DNA of 64,000 nt from a virus (Duplodnaviria > Caudoviricetes): the IMG/VR virus record IMGVR_UViG_3300049216_000249, positions 1,842 through 65,841 of that record; one strand, 5' to 3'. Made by a program: the position numbers and the translations under genes. This document shows positions 36,666 through 45,858 of this stretch, piece by piece; position 1 is the first letter of the stretch; each line of letters begins with the position of its first letter. The notes beneath the pieces were generated by a model that saw only the letters and a program-made list of their open reading frames with translations, did no database searches and had not been told where the DNA came from.

Positions 36666-37127
36666 TTACGACCCGGCGAAAAGCGACGAGTTGATGTAAT
36701 AGACCCCGCGCAGCACGACGTTGTAATCCGCATCCTGCCCGGCGAAGTCCAGCGGAGGTGCTGAGCGGATCGCGCAGTTGACCAACGTGTACGGGATAAA
36801 CCCCGTGGCATCGGTCGTGACCAAGATGTCCCCGATCGTGCTGAGCAATTCCATCTGCGCCCGCCATAGGAGCGACAGGCTTTGCGTGCGCAGCAGGTTG
36901 GCCGTGACGGTTACCATCTGAAACGGGATCGGCGACTGAACCACGCCCGTGGCCGTCTCGATCTCGTCCGTGGCTTGGCCCTCCGGCTCCCACCGGATCA
37001 TCTTCTTTCCGAGATTGGAATTGACGATCTGAAGGGTGGGAAACAGCGGCACGGTGATGGACGAGGCCAGCCGGTTGATCTGGCCTTGGTTGACGTAGGG
37101 GTTGCCCGGCGTAAGTGAAAACGACAT
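36666..37127 (-). CDS. Tail tube protein
   Basis: 153 aa, beta-rich, directly after the sheath. Confidence 0.75.
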   Translation of the reverse strand: MSFSLTPGNPYVNQGQINRLASSITVPLFPTLQIVNSNLGKKMIRWEPEGQATDEIETATGVVQSPIPFQMVTVTANLLRTQSLSLLWRAQMELLSTIGDILVTTDATGFIPYTLVNCAIRSAPPLDFAGQDADYNVVLRGVYYINSSLFAGS

Positions 37128-37139
37128 GGTGCTAGCCCC

Positions 37140-38462
37140 TTATGCCGTCAAATTGACGGTGATGTTGATCGTCACCGAAATGAAGCCATTTTGCGGCGTG
37201 AAGCTGGCGGCTTCGCCGCTGTAGATGCCCGCCGGGTAATCGTCCGGGTTCTCCTGCACATACTGGGCAAATGGGGTCGCTGTTGCGGTGATCGGCGCGT
37301 CTGGGTTGATCATGCCGAACGTGATGCCGTTTTTCAGGACGCCCTGCAGGATGGCCAGCAGGGTGTTAATTCCCGATTGGTTATATTTCAGAGGCGCTTC
37401 CGGGTTGTTGTTCCCGTTGATGACGCCGGCCGTGTTCTGGATTCCCAACTGAATTTGCACCCAGTCGATCGTGTACCAGACGTTGAATGGTATCCCGTCC
37501 ATGCCCGTGCCGTTGCGCAGAATGGTGTCCGAGATGTTTGCCTCAGCGCCCGTCCCAACATAGTTCAGGTTGGCATTCAGCAGCGTGAGCAGGGTCGGTT
37601 GGTTTCCCTGTTGTGGCCAAGCCGTGACACCAAAAAGGAAGGCATAGGCCGCAGGCGTGCGCTGGTTGGTGGCCGAGGGGTTCTGGTTCAGTTCTTTGTA
37701 AAACACCGAGGCCATGCTGAATTCGGTCGCCGCAATTACCGGGGACTCGATCATCAGGCGCAGGCATTTCAACGTCGTCGGGAAGGTCGCGGCCTGGGCC
37801 TGTGTCGCGGTGCCGTAAAAGTAAACCATCGACGTGGGCGCATTGTAATTCAGTAGGAACGATTCAAGCGCCGCTGCGTTGGCGGCTGTCGTCCACTCGC
37901 GGGGCAGCAGGAAGCTGTAGATGGTCTTCAGGTTGGCCTGGATATAGGTGTTCAGCGCCGCGATTGCGGCCGTCACCGTCAATTCGCCCAGTTCCAGCAC
38001 CAGCACCGGAATGTTGCTTCCCTGGGCATAGAAGGTGCCCACCTGATCAACCAACTCCGGCTGCGCACCATTCTGGTAGCTGCCCACCGTCGTGGCCGTG
38101 CCTGGCGTGGTGGCCATGGCATAGCTGAAGGTGGTGGAGGTGACGGCCGTCAGGATGAACGTGCCATTGTAGCCAGCGGGCACGCAGCCCATCACCGTGA
38201 TTTCGTCGCCGACGGCCAGCGTTTCGGTGGGCGCTGTCGCCGTCACCACGCCGCTGGCCCATGAGATGGCCGACAAGGCGATGGTGTTCGACAGGAGCGG
38301 CGTCAGGCTGCTTTCCTGGGTGAGCAGCCCCGTCGTTCCGGGCGTGATGGTGGTCGACCCGACGCTGACGATCGCCCCCGTGCGCTGAAGCGTGGAGGGG
38401 ACCGATGCGGGCTCAACATTGACGTTGAGGTTGGTGATATTCAGATTTGCTAGAGCCGCCAT
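37140..38462 (-). CDS. Tail sheath protein (DUF3383-like)
   Basis: WYTIDWVQI, PLKYNQSGINTL, DYPAGIY.G...GFISVTINI; inserted beta-barrel. Confidence 0.85.
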   Translation of the reverse strand: MAALANLNITNLNVNVEPASVPSTLQRTGAIVSVGSTTITPGTTGLLTQESSLTPLLSNTIALSAISWASGVVTATAPTETLAVGDEITVMGCVPAGYNGTFILTAVTSTTFSYAMATTPGTATTVGSYQNGAQPELVDQVGTFYAQGSNIPVLVLELGELTVTAAIAALNTYIQANLKTIYSFLLPREWTTAANAAALESFLLNYNAPTSMVYFYGTATQAQAATFPTTLKCLRLMIESPVIAATEFSMASVFYKELNQNPSATNQRTPAAYAFLFGVTAWPQQGNQPTLLTLLNANLNYVGTGAEANISDTILRNGTGMDGIPFNVWYTIDWVQIQLGIQNTAGVINGNNNPEAPLKYNQSGINTLLAILQGVLKNGITFGMINPDAPITATATPFAQYVQENPDDYPAGIYSGEAASFTPQNGFISVTINITVNLTA

Positions 38463-38496
38463 GCGGGCCTCCTACAGGCGTGAGGGCGAGCGAGGC

Positions 38497-38874
38497 TTAG
38501 GCGAACAGGACCGCGATGGTCTGACCGGTCCCAGGAGTCACCACGATCCCGACCGCGCACGGCCAGTCCAGAGTCGACGGGCCCACGGTGTTGGGTAGGG
38601 ACGCGATTTCGTTTGCCGCCGCGACAGCGCCCGTCGTCGCACAATCGTTGATCGACCCCACGGTGCTGCCGGCGACCACGACGTTGAAACGTAGCACCGT
38701 GCCGGGAGTCGCCTTGATGACGGTGGCGGCCGTGATGTTGTAATGCGCCTGCGGCGCAGCGGGCAGCGGCAGATCGGGCGCAGTAACAATCAGGGCGCCG
38801 TCTGCATCGACCTTTAAGGGAACGCCCGCACCAAGGGAATTGACGGCCACGAAATTCTGCGAGTTTTGGGGCAT
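38497..38874 (-). CDS. Small beta-sandwich virion protein
   Basis: NITAATVIKATPG...GIVVTPGTGQTIAV. Confidence 0.65.
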   Translation of the reverse strand: MPQNSQNFVAVNSLGAGVPLKVDADGALIVTAPDLPLPAAPQAHYNITAATVIKATPGTVLRFNVVVAGSTVGSINDCATTGAVAAANEIASLPNTVGPSTLDWPCAVGIVVTPGTGQTIAVLFA

Positions 38875-38880
38875 GAAGGT

Positions 38881-39870
38881 CTAGCTCCGGCTGGCGGTGA
38901 GGGGAGTTGTGATCGACGGGATGACGCGGCTGATCATCTGTTGGGCGATGTCGTTCACGCGCGTCTGGTAGTACGAGATCTCGAAATCCACGGCCTTCTT
39001 CATGGCGATGGCGGCCAGTTCGACTTGCGTGCGCTTTTCATCGCGGACGGCAGGCTGGTTCATCACGCCGATTGCGTTGGTGAACTCCGCAAACCGATAG
39101 ACCTCTTTTAGAAAGTCGTTGGCCAAATCGTTGCGAATTCCGTACAGCGTGATCTTTACCCGCTCGGCCATAAGCTGCGTGGCCGTGTTCATCAGATCGT
39201 ATTGCGGGTAGGCCTGAATGGCCCGCAGGCTGTCCGGAATGACGTGCGCGACGGCATATGGCGGCGGCAAGTTGTCGGGCACCAGGAACGACGGGAAGAC
39301 CGGGAACAGCTTATTCAGCGACAGCCATACCGGCAGGCTGTTGCTGACCACGCGCTGCGTGATGTTCAGGTCCGCCACGCTATCGATGATCTGGGACAGC
39401 AGCGCCGGGTAGATGGCGTCGCCCATGTAGTGGTGCAGATCGGCCTGCTTGTAGTACGAACGCCGCTGGGCGAAAGCGAACCGCACCCCGTTGAATGACC
39501 CCACGAACATGATCACGGGGCTGATCTCGTTGAACGGCTGCACCTCTGCGGTTGCGGTAAACCTGACCTTGTTGACGCCGATTGTCTCGTCCTCAAGCTG
39601 TCGGCGTTCGGTGGCAAAGTGTAGCGACCCGGTGGCGCAGAACGTGGCCTGGCTTGATACCGGGTTGGGGCCGATCTGGGTTATGTTTTTCAGTTCGGCC
39701 GCGCCCAGCAGATCAGAGCGGACCCAAAATACAAAGCCGTCCAGAGGAAGGATGACCTTCACGTATTTGGTGAAGGTGATCTCCTGATCGCTCGAAATGC
39801 TCTCGACGCCAGCCGCCAGCGTCGCCGCTAACTGACCCTTGGAAGACATCAGCTCATCGATTGTCGGCAT
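38881..39870 (-). CDS. Neck/tail-completion protein
   Basis: Position between adaptor and sheath; ILPLDGFVFWV. Confidence 0.65.
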   Translation of the reverse strand: MPTIDELMSSKGQLAATLAAGVESISSDQEITFTKYVKVILPLDGFVFWVRSDLLGAAELKNITQIGPNPVSSQATFCATGSLHFATERRQLEDETIGVNKVRFTATAEVQPFNEISPVIMFVGSFNGVRFAFAQRRSYYKQADLHHYMGDAIYPALLSQIIDSVADLNITQRVVSNSLPVWLSLNKLFPVFPSFLVPDNLPPPYAVAHVIPDSLRAIQAYPQYDLMNTATQLMAERVKITLYGIRNDLANDFLKEVYRFAEFTNAIGVMNQPAVRDEKRTQVELAAIAMKKAVDFEISYYQTRVNDIAQQMISRVIPSITTPLTASRS

Positions 39871-39873
39871 GGT

Positions 39874-40293
39874 TTATTCAACCCAGGGGACGAAGCTGTC
39901 CTCGAAAAGGCCGGTGTCTTGAAAGCTGGGCCGGTTCTTGGGTCCGCGTTTGCTCTTGAAGCGGTGGCTCACCCCGTCTTTTGCGGCCTGCGTGGGCACG
40001 CCGGGGATGCCCAGATGCTCCATTTCCTTCATGTCGATGAAGGTCTTGAACCGGGCGCCGATCACGGCCATGGCGTCGCCATAAGGGTCGACGGACACGG
40101 GCGCGCCCATCAGCATGTTGGTTACGGCGTCCTGCAGAGACTCCACAATGGTCGTTTCGATCAGATCGCGGTGGATCTCCGAGAAAACCTCGATGACGTG
40201 ATATTTGGCCTCAAGGATGCGTGCGACCTCGACCGTCGTCTTGCCGTCGTTGACGTAGGGAATGTCGACTTCGCCGAGGTGCAATGTCGTCAT
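39874..40293 (-). CDS. Neck protein (HK97 gp10-like)
   Basis: RPSFQDTG motif; position. Confidence 0.65.
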   Translation of the reverse strand: MTTLHLGEVDIPYVNDGKTTVEVARILEAKYHVIEVFSEIHRDLIETTIVESLQDAVTNMLMGAPVSVDPYGDAMAVIGARFKTFIDMKEMEHLGIPGVPTQAAKDGVSHRFKSKRGPKNRPSFQDTGLFEDSFVPWVE

Positions 40294-40736
40294 GATATGC
40301 CCCACGCCGTGCCCACGCGCTGCGCGATCGACAGATACTCGCGGCCGTACTGCGTTTTTAGGTTCTGCAGGTTGGCCAGCGAAAGCGTCTTGAATGCTTC
40401 AGGCACCACCAGGGTATCCGACGTGCTCTCGTCGCCCGCCCCCGTCACAACCCCGGCCACGAAATCGTTGACGCCCCATTCCTTGCGGATATCCGCAAAA
40501 TAAGTGGACGGTGGAGCATCCGGGGCCAGGTTGATTAGCGTGTCGCCGGCCAGGTTGTAGACGGCCACGAGGTAAAGAGTCGGCGACGCCGCCTGGATCG
40601 TCCGCGACACCGTATCAATCGCGATGTTGTAGGACCAAAGGATTTGCTCGGTGCCATCCGGCAGTGCCGTGGTGGAAATGCCCATCTGCCCTCGTACGAA
40701 GGCGACGAAGCCCCCGAACGAAGGACAGGGGGGCAT
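40290..40736 (-). CDS. Head-tail adaptor (DUF4054-like)
   Basis: YNLAG..LI, LKTQYGREYL. Confidence 0.7.
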   Translation of the reverse strand: MPPCPSFGGFVAFVRGQMGISTTALPDGTEQILWSYNIAIDTVSRTIQAASPTLYLVAVYNLAGDTLINLAPDAPPSTYFADIRKEWGVNDFVAGVVTGAGDESTSDTLVVPEAFKTLSLANLQNLKTQYGREYLSIAQRVGTAWGIS

Positions 40737-40739
40737 GAT

Positions 40740-41282
40740 TTACGCGACCTTGCGGCGGCGGCCGGACTTGGCGGACCCGCGTGGACTGCCATCGGGATTG
40801 ACGGTCCGGCTGACGCGAATTCCTTCTGCGACCGGTGGGGTATCGTTGCGGGCGTCGGGGTTATGCTCGACGATGGTTGCCTCGTATCCGACAAGGCGCT
40901 CCTGCCGCCCGGATTCAATCACGGTGTTTTCCATCCGGACCGCGTCAGCAATTGCTGCTTCCTGCCGCTGTTTCTTGCCGCGTTCGATCAGGATGAACTG
41001 GTTGGATCGCATCGCGCTTTCCAGCCGGTTGGTCGAGATCACCTTGTCGACCGAGTAGCACAAGCTGGTGAACCGGCGGTTGGTGTCCACTTCGTCCGCC
41101 CGTACCAGGCCGTACTTGGCATGCTGATCGACGATATAGCTGATGTCATCCGGGGACAGCGGCCCGGCGATCTGGATTTGACCGCCGATCGGAATGTCCT
41201 GCCGAAGCACTTTCTTGTTTTCCAGCTTCCGATACAGGAACGTAGCCGGCTGATTGGTCGGATTGCCGATGAAAAGCTGCAT
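40740..41282 (-). CDS. Hypothetical virion-associated protein
   Basis: Directly after the major capsid gene. Confidence 0.7.
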   Translation of the reverse strand: MQLFIGNPTNQPATFLYRKLENKKVLRQDIPIGGQIQIAGPLSPDDISYIVDQHAKYGLVRADEVDTNRRFTSLCYSVDKVISTNRLESAMRSNQFILIERGKKQRQEAAIADAVRMENTVIESGRQERLVGYEATIVEHNPDARNDTPPVAEGIRVSRTVNPDGSPRGSAKSGRRRKVA

Positions 41283-41295
41283 GGGCAAATATCCC

Positions 41296-42318
41296 TTACT
41301 GATAGGCGATCGAGATCAGCGTGACGCACTCAGGGCGAAGCCCCCAGCCGGACGTCAGGCGCATCTCGGAGCCAACGTGGATGGTGCCGAAGGCCAGCGG
41401 CGTCGGGATCTCCCGCGGCGCTGCCATATCGCAAAGCTGCAGCAGGCAGGCCTCGATTCCCGGCGCAACCTCGGCGAACTTGTTGGTGTTCCAGCCATCG
41501 TTCGAGGATGGCTTCTTTACCTCGGGCATCGCCAGGACGATTAGGTCCGTACCGCCGGCGCCCTGACCGATCAGGGTGTCGTCGTAGCCCCAAATGATCT
41601 CGTCGCCGTTGTCCATTAAGACGTGCTTCAGAACGCCAACGCTGCTGTCCGTGCCGGCGCCAACCCGCTGGAATTGGGTCGTCTGCACGACGTTGTATTC
41701 CCAAAGCAGGCCGATCCGCTGCGGCATCAGGAACACAAACTTGTTCCCGTATCCAAGCGACACCGTCTTCGCTTTGATCTGCGCAACCTGCTGCATCAGG
41801 AAAAAGGCGATCTGGCCGTTGTCGTAGGTCACGGCGGTGTCATTGCCGTTGCTATCCGGCGGCAGAGACACGCGCGTGGCGCCCGGGGTATTGACGATGC
41901 CCTCGCCATTGGCCGGATTGTAGCCATACAGCAACGCCTGGCGGGCGAGCTGCATGTGCCCCTGCCACATGCCCAAGCGCTGGGCCTGGACGATGCTCAT
42001 TCCGCGCTGCGCCATGGCGGATGTATCGTGGTGATCGTACTGCGCCACAACCCGCTGGTTGTAGGTCGCCGTGTTGATCTGGCTCATCACGATCTCGACT
42101 GACGGCAATTCGTTGGCACTCGACTGGCCGGCCGCCATCTTGGTGCGAATGTCCACCCGGTTGGCGTAGACCATCAGGTCGCCCTCGCCCAGGCGGACCA
42201 TCGGCTCTCCGGAGGGCAGAAGATCGAAAGCACCGGAGGCCTGGCTGTAAGGCAGAAGGACCCCGGGCAGCGTCATACTTGGGTTTACGGTGACGAAGGC
42301 TGGCGTAAGGTTCGACAT
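41296..42318 (-). CDS. Major capsid protein
   Basis: 340 aa after the decoration gene; ALLYGYN..GEGIVN, MRLTSGWGLRPE HK97-like C-terminus. Confidence 0.85.
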   Translation of the reverse strand: MSNLTPAFVTVNPSMTLPGVLLPYSQASGAFDLLPSGEPMVRLGEGDLMVYANRVDIRTKMAAGQSSANELPSVEIVMSQINTATYNQRVVAQYDHHDTSAMAQRGMSIVQAQRLGMWQGHMQLARQALLYGYNPANGEGIVNTPGATRVSLPPDSNGNDTAVTYDNGQIAFFLMQQVAQIKAKTVSLGYGNKFVFLMPQRIGLLWEYNVVQTTQFQRVGAGTDSSVGVLKHVLMDNGDEIIWGYDDTLIGQGAGGTDLIVLAMPEVKKPSSNDGWNTNKFAEVAPGIEACLLQLCDMAAPREIPTPLAFGTIHVGSEMRLTSGWGLRPECVTLISIAYQ

Positions 42319-42330
42319 TTCGGTTGCTCC

Positions 42331-43194
42331 TTAGATCAGGATCAGGGCGGTCGAACCCGCGCGATTCCAGGTTGCGAACCCGGTAACCGGGTCGATAACG
42401 ACGGTCATGCTGTTGCCCGGCTCGACATTCAGCACCCGAACCGGCAGTGCGCCGCCGCCAGCCGCGATGGTGCCGGGGGTCGTTTCCGTGCCCGGATTGA
42501 CGGCCAGGGCATACGTAAACGTGGTGGTGGTGGGAACGGTCAGGATGGTCTGATCGCCGCTGTATCCCGCCGGAACCTGGCCGATCAGGGTCACATCATC
42601 GCCGACGACGTAGCCGTGTGCCGCGGACGTGGTGACCGTGGCGATGCCGTTTGCCCATGTGATGCCGGTGATCGTCTCGGCCGCCTCTGCCGGGGCATAG
42701 GGCACAAGCCGCTGCAGGTTGAAATCCCACGACACCTGGCTGGTGATCACCGAGCCATCAAGGTTGATCAGCGACGGATCGCAGTTCACAGCGATGCGCG
42801 CGCCGGACCCAAGCCGGTAGAACATCACACCGGAACCGCTGCCAACTTGCGGAACCGGACTTTGCGGGGTCTGGACCGCGGAGTGGTTCTGGTCGAACAC
42901 CGTGAATCCGGTCAGCGACCCGGCGGCGCCGGCCGTGACGCTGGTTGCCCGGCTGATGATGCTGCCGAGCGCCCTCAGCGGGTTGCCCGGGCCGCCGGTG
43001 GGGATCACCTCAGTGATGCCCATGCCGCCGAATGCCGTCACCGTCTCGGTGGGCGACCAGATGCCCCCAGCAAGCTTGTAGCGGATCGCCGGATCGTCCT
43101 GGGCGGTGCCCTGGACATAGCCGTCGGACCGGACGCCAAACGAGCCCGCTGCATTGGTCGTCACGAACGGGTTGAACGCGATGGATGCGACCAT
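42331..43194 (-). CDS. Capsid decoration/cement protein with inserted beta-barrel
   Basis: Between protease and capsid; FYRLGSGARIAV, VSWDF; insert ITWANGIATVT...TFTYAL. Confidence 0.75.
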   Translation of the reverse strand: MVASIAFNPFVTTNAAGSFGVRSDGYVQGTAQDDPAIRYKLAGGIWSPTETVTAFGGMGITEVIPTGGPGNPLRALGSIISRATSVTAGAAGSLTGFTVFDQNHSAVQTPQSPVPQVGSGSGVMFYRLGSGARIAVNCDPSLINLDGSVITSQVSWDFNLQRLVPYAPAEAAETITGITWANGIATVTTSAAHGYVVGDDVTLIGQVPAGYSGDQTILTVPTTTTFTYALAVNPGTETTPGTIAAGGGALPVRVLNVEPGNSMTVVIDPVTGFATWNRAGSTALILI

Positions 43195-43197
43195 GGC

Positions 43198-44868
43198 TTA
43201 GTGGCTCCGGTTCGAGTTGGGGGTGTTGAAGCCGCTGACGCGGGCGGATGGCCGCTTCAGGCTCGCGATGAAGGTTCCCTGGCCGTAAAACGACGTGGTG
43301 CGGACGCCCGTGCTTGGATCGACGCGGGTGATCTCGCGAAGCTGGCCCGCCGGCACATCAGTGGGATGCACGGCCGCCTGCATAGCGTCGGCAAACACCC
43401 GCTTTTCGACAACGGCTAGCAGGGCCGAGTCATTGATGACGCTGATGTCCACGTCCTTGTAGTCGGCGCTATGGGCCTTGTAGCTGCTCAGCAAACGCTT
43501 GCGGTAAGCCAGGGCTTTTTCGCCGCGCAACGGGGCAGGGGCGCGCTTTCCGAACGCCTGCGCGACCGCATCGCACTTCTCCTGAGCGTCGGCCATCTCG
43601 GGGTCCATGTCGTCGTCCGCCTTTTCGCGCGCCAGCTTTTCGGCCACCTCGGCGTCGGCCTTTTCCTTGGCCGCCTTGGCCTCCTTTTCCTCGGCGTCCT
43701 TTTTGTCGGCCTTGGCCTTCTCTTCAGCTTCGGACTTTTCCTTGTCCTCAGCGTCCTTTTTGTCCTTTTTCGCCTGCTCTTCGGCGTCCTTTTTCGCTTT
43801 GTCCTCGGCGTCGAAACGGGAATTCACGCTGTCGGCAAGCTTGCTCATGCTCTCGCAGAGCATGTCCACTTTTGACCGCAGTTCGGCATCGGCCTTGTCG
43901 CGGGCGTCCTCGGCATCCTTCTTCGCGCGATCGGCAATGGCCGCCGCAGCTTTCTCTTCGTCGGTCATTGTCTCGTCTCCGATGATGGTTGAATTGACGC
44001 CAGTCGGGGGCCCGCCCTTGTCCCAAACCCCCAAAGGGGCGACTGCCAAGTGGTCCAGCAAATGCGGGTTTCCCTCCAGAAGGAGGGACGATCCGCCTTC
44101 CAGCGGAACCGTTGTCGTGACAGCCAGAGTGCGGAATTTCACACCTGGCGATGTCGAAAGCTGCTCGGCCCGCATTTCGGCGATGGCCGTGTCGTCGTAG
44201 ACCCGGCAAATCGCCCAGACCTCTTCGCCCTTGATGTAGGGGAGGAAGATCGTGCCGATGATGCGTTCCTCAAATTCCTTCGAGTTTAGCATTCCCTTGA
44301 CCGGGTGCAGCCAGATCACAGGCAGGCCGTTGCATCGCGCCAGGAATTCCGGCGTCAGATAATGCTCGTCCGGGCGAAAGACATGCTGTTTGCCGGCGCT
44401 GCGGAAGGTCTGCCCCGTGCCGGTGACCCGAAGGTCGAACATCGTCACGCCCATGAACTTCTGGGGCGAGTCCAACGCACCGACGGACATGTCCCGCGCC
44501 ACGTCCAGTTCGGTGCGGGTCAGCTTTTCCAGAGTCGCCGCGGCGCCCGGGTGCAGGGGCTGCGGATAGTCCTTGAGGGTCGCCCACACGAACCCGGTAT
44601 GCTCTTCGTTCAGCACCGGGTTGAACGGCGGGCAGGCTTGCACAAAGGTCGTGTACTCGACGGCATCATCGGCCGAAACGTCGAACGGCTCTCGCTTGCC
44701 TTCGGGCAGACTCCCCATTTCCTCGACGCACTCACGGGTGGCGGCTTCTTCGATCGACTCGCCGTCTTCGACCTTACCGCCTGGAAATGCCCATTCGCCG
44801 GTATCGGATCGCTTGAGCAGAAGCACCTGATCGTGGGCTACGAAGAGAATGCCCGCGGCTTTGATCAT
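43198..44868 (-). CDS. Nudix hydrolase fused to prohead protease/scaffold (DUF2213-like)
   Basis: Intact Nudix box GKVEDGESIEEAATRECVEEMG; PVIWLHP, STSPGV, DHLAV, GVWDKGG; acidic/Lys coiled-coil scaffold. Confidence 0.88.
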   Translation of the reverse strand: MIKAAGILFVAHDQVLLLKRSDTGEWAFPGGKVEDGESIEEAATRECVEEMGSLPEGKREPFDVSADDAVEYTTFVQACPPFNPVLNEEHTGFVWATLKDYPQPLHPGAAATLEKLTRTELDVARDMSVGALDSPQKFMGVTMFDLRVTGTGQTFRSAGKQHVFRPDEHYLTPEFLARCNGLPVIWLHPVKGMLNSKEFEERIIGTIFLPYIKGEEVWAICRVYDDTAIAEMRAEQLSTSPGVKFRTLAVTTTVPLEGGSSLLLEGNPHLLDHLAVAPLGVWDKGGPPTGVNSTIIGDETMTDEEKAAAAIADRAKKDAEDARDKADAELRSKVDMLCESMSKLADSVNSRFDAEDKAKKDAEEQAKKDKKDAEDKEKSEAEEKAKADKKDAEEKEAKAAKEKADAEVAEKLAREKADDDMDPEMADAQEKCDAVAQAFGKRAPAPLRGEKALAYRKRLLSSYKAHSADYKDVDISVINDSALLAVVEKRVFADAMQAAVHPTDVPAGQLREITRVDPSTGVRTTSFYGQGTFIASLKRPSARVSGFNTPNSNRSH

Positions 44869-45016
44869 CTCAGGCGCCTCCAATATCTGCGGCGGCGAAG
44901 ATGGTTTTCGCGCACCTTGGCTTTCAGCCGCACGAAGCACCATCTAAGCGGGGCATCTGCGGCTGGGGCAAATTGCCACTGGCCGCGGCACGATGGATCT
45001 GAACCGATCGGCTCAT
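44865..45016 (-). pseudogene. Small gene with an apparent 1-bp deletion
   Basis: ATG overlaps the MuF stop and TGA overlaps the Nudix ATG, but the span is 152 nt (one base short of 51 codons). Confidence 0.35.
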
Positions 45017-45858
45017 GCCGCCACCTTCAATCGCTGCAGTTCGGTCTTGCCCAACGCCGTCAGCATGTCCTGCGGCAACTTGCGGATCGCGTAGACCCAT
45101 TGAACGAAGCACCTGCAGAACACTTCCTCGCCCGGCTGCGTCATCTCATCAAGATACCCGGCAGGTCCGACCTTCATCAGGCCTTTCTCGATCGCCCAGC
45201 AGCCTCGCACGGCATAGAATTTGCCATCACGCTCAGCATGATCCTTGCGGAATTTGTATCCGGCCTGGCGGAAATGGCTCTTCCAGATCGCCCCGATTGC
45301 GCCGCCGTCCACCGCGATAATGTTTGACAGCGACGCGACGAGCTTGTGCCCCTGGTCGATCGCCACACGGCGTTCTTCCCATGGCAATTGGGTGAGCGAC
45401 TTGCGGATGTCGTCCTTGGTGTCGACCTTGTCAACCACACGGCTGCCGCCGGCGGGGATGCTGCTTGACCATCCAACGAATCGTTGCACCGTTTGCTCGA
45501 CGGCCTGCTTTTGGTTCAGCCGGATTAGGCCTGCGGACGCCAGTATGGACCGGTCGACTGCCGCCCGGAGCTTCGGCTTTACCCGATTGATCGTGAAGGC
45601 CGAAACGTCAGGATGGTATTTGAGGATCGCACCCTTATCCACCATTCGGCTGTAGACCGTCGTCAGCGCGTCCCGCAGACCCTTTTCAAGCACCTCCGGC
45701 GGAGTCAACGAAGCGATAGCCGCCGCGCGAATGCGTTCGACCCACATGTCCAGGCGCCACTGGGCGTCGTAGCCGTGAAGGGTGAAATCGCGAATCGCAT
45801 CGGTAACGGTCTGGTAGAAGCCAGCGCGGCCTGAACCGTTTCCGCCATCCGGGGCCAT
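45013..45858 (-). CDS. MuF/SPP1 gp7-like head morphogenesis protein
   Basis: After portal; IAIDQ-like VAIDQGHKL, DHAERDGK, PGEEVFCRC. Confidence 0.85.
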   Translation of the reverse strand: MAPDGGNGSGRAGFYQTVTDAIRDFTLHGYDAQWRLDMWVERIRAAAIASLTPPEVLEKGLRDALTTVYSRMVDKGAILKYHPDVSAFTINRVKPKLRAAVDRSILASAGLIRLNQKQAVEQTVQRFVGWSSSIPAGGSRVVDKVDTKDDIRKSLTQLPWEERRVAIDQGHKLVASLSNIIAVDGGAIGAIWKSHFRQAGYKFRKDHAERDGKFYAVRGCWAIEKGLMKVGPAGYLDEMTQPGEEVFCRCFVQWVYAIRKLPQDMLTALGKTELQRLKVAA

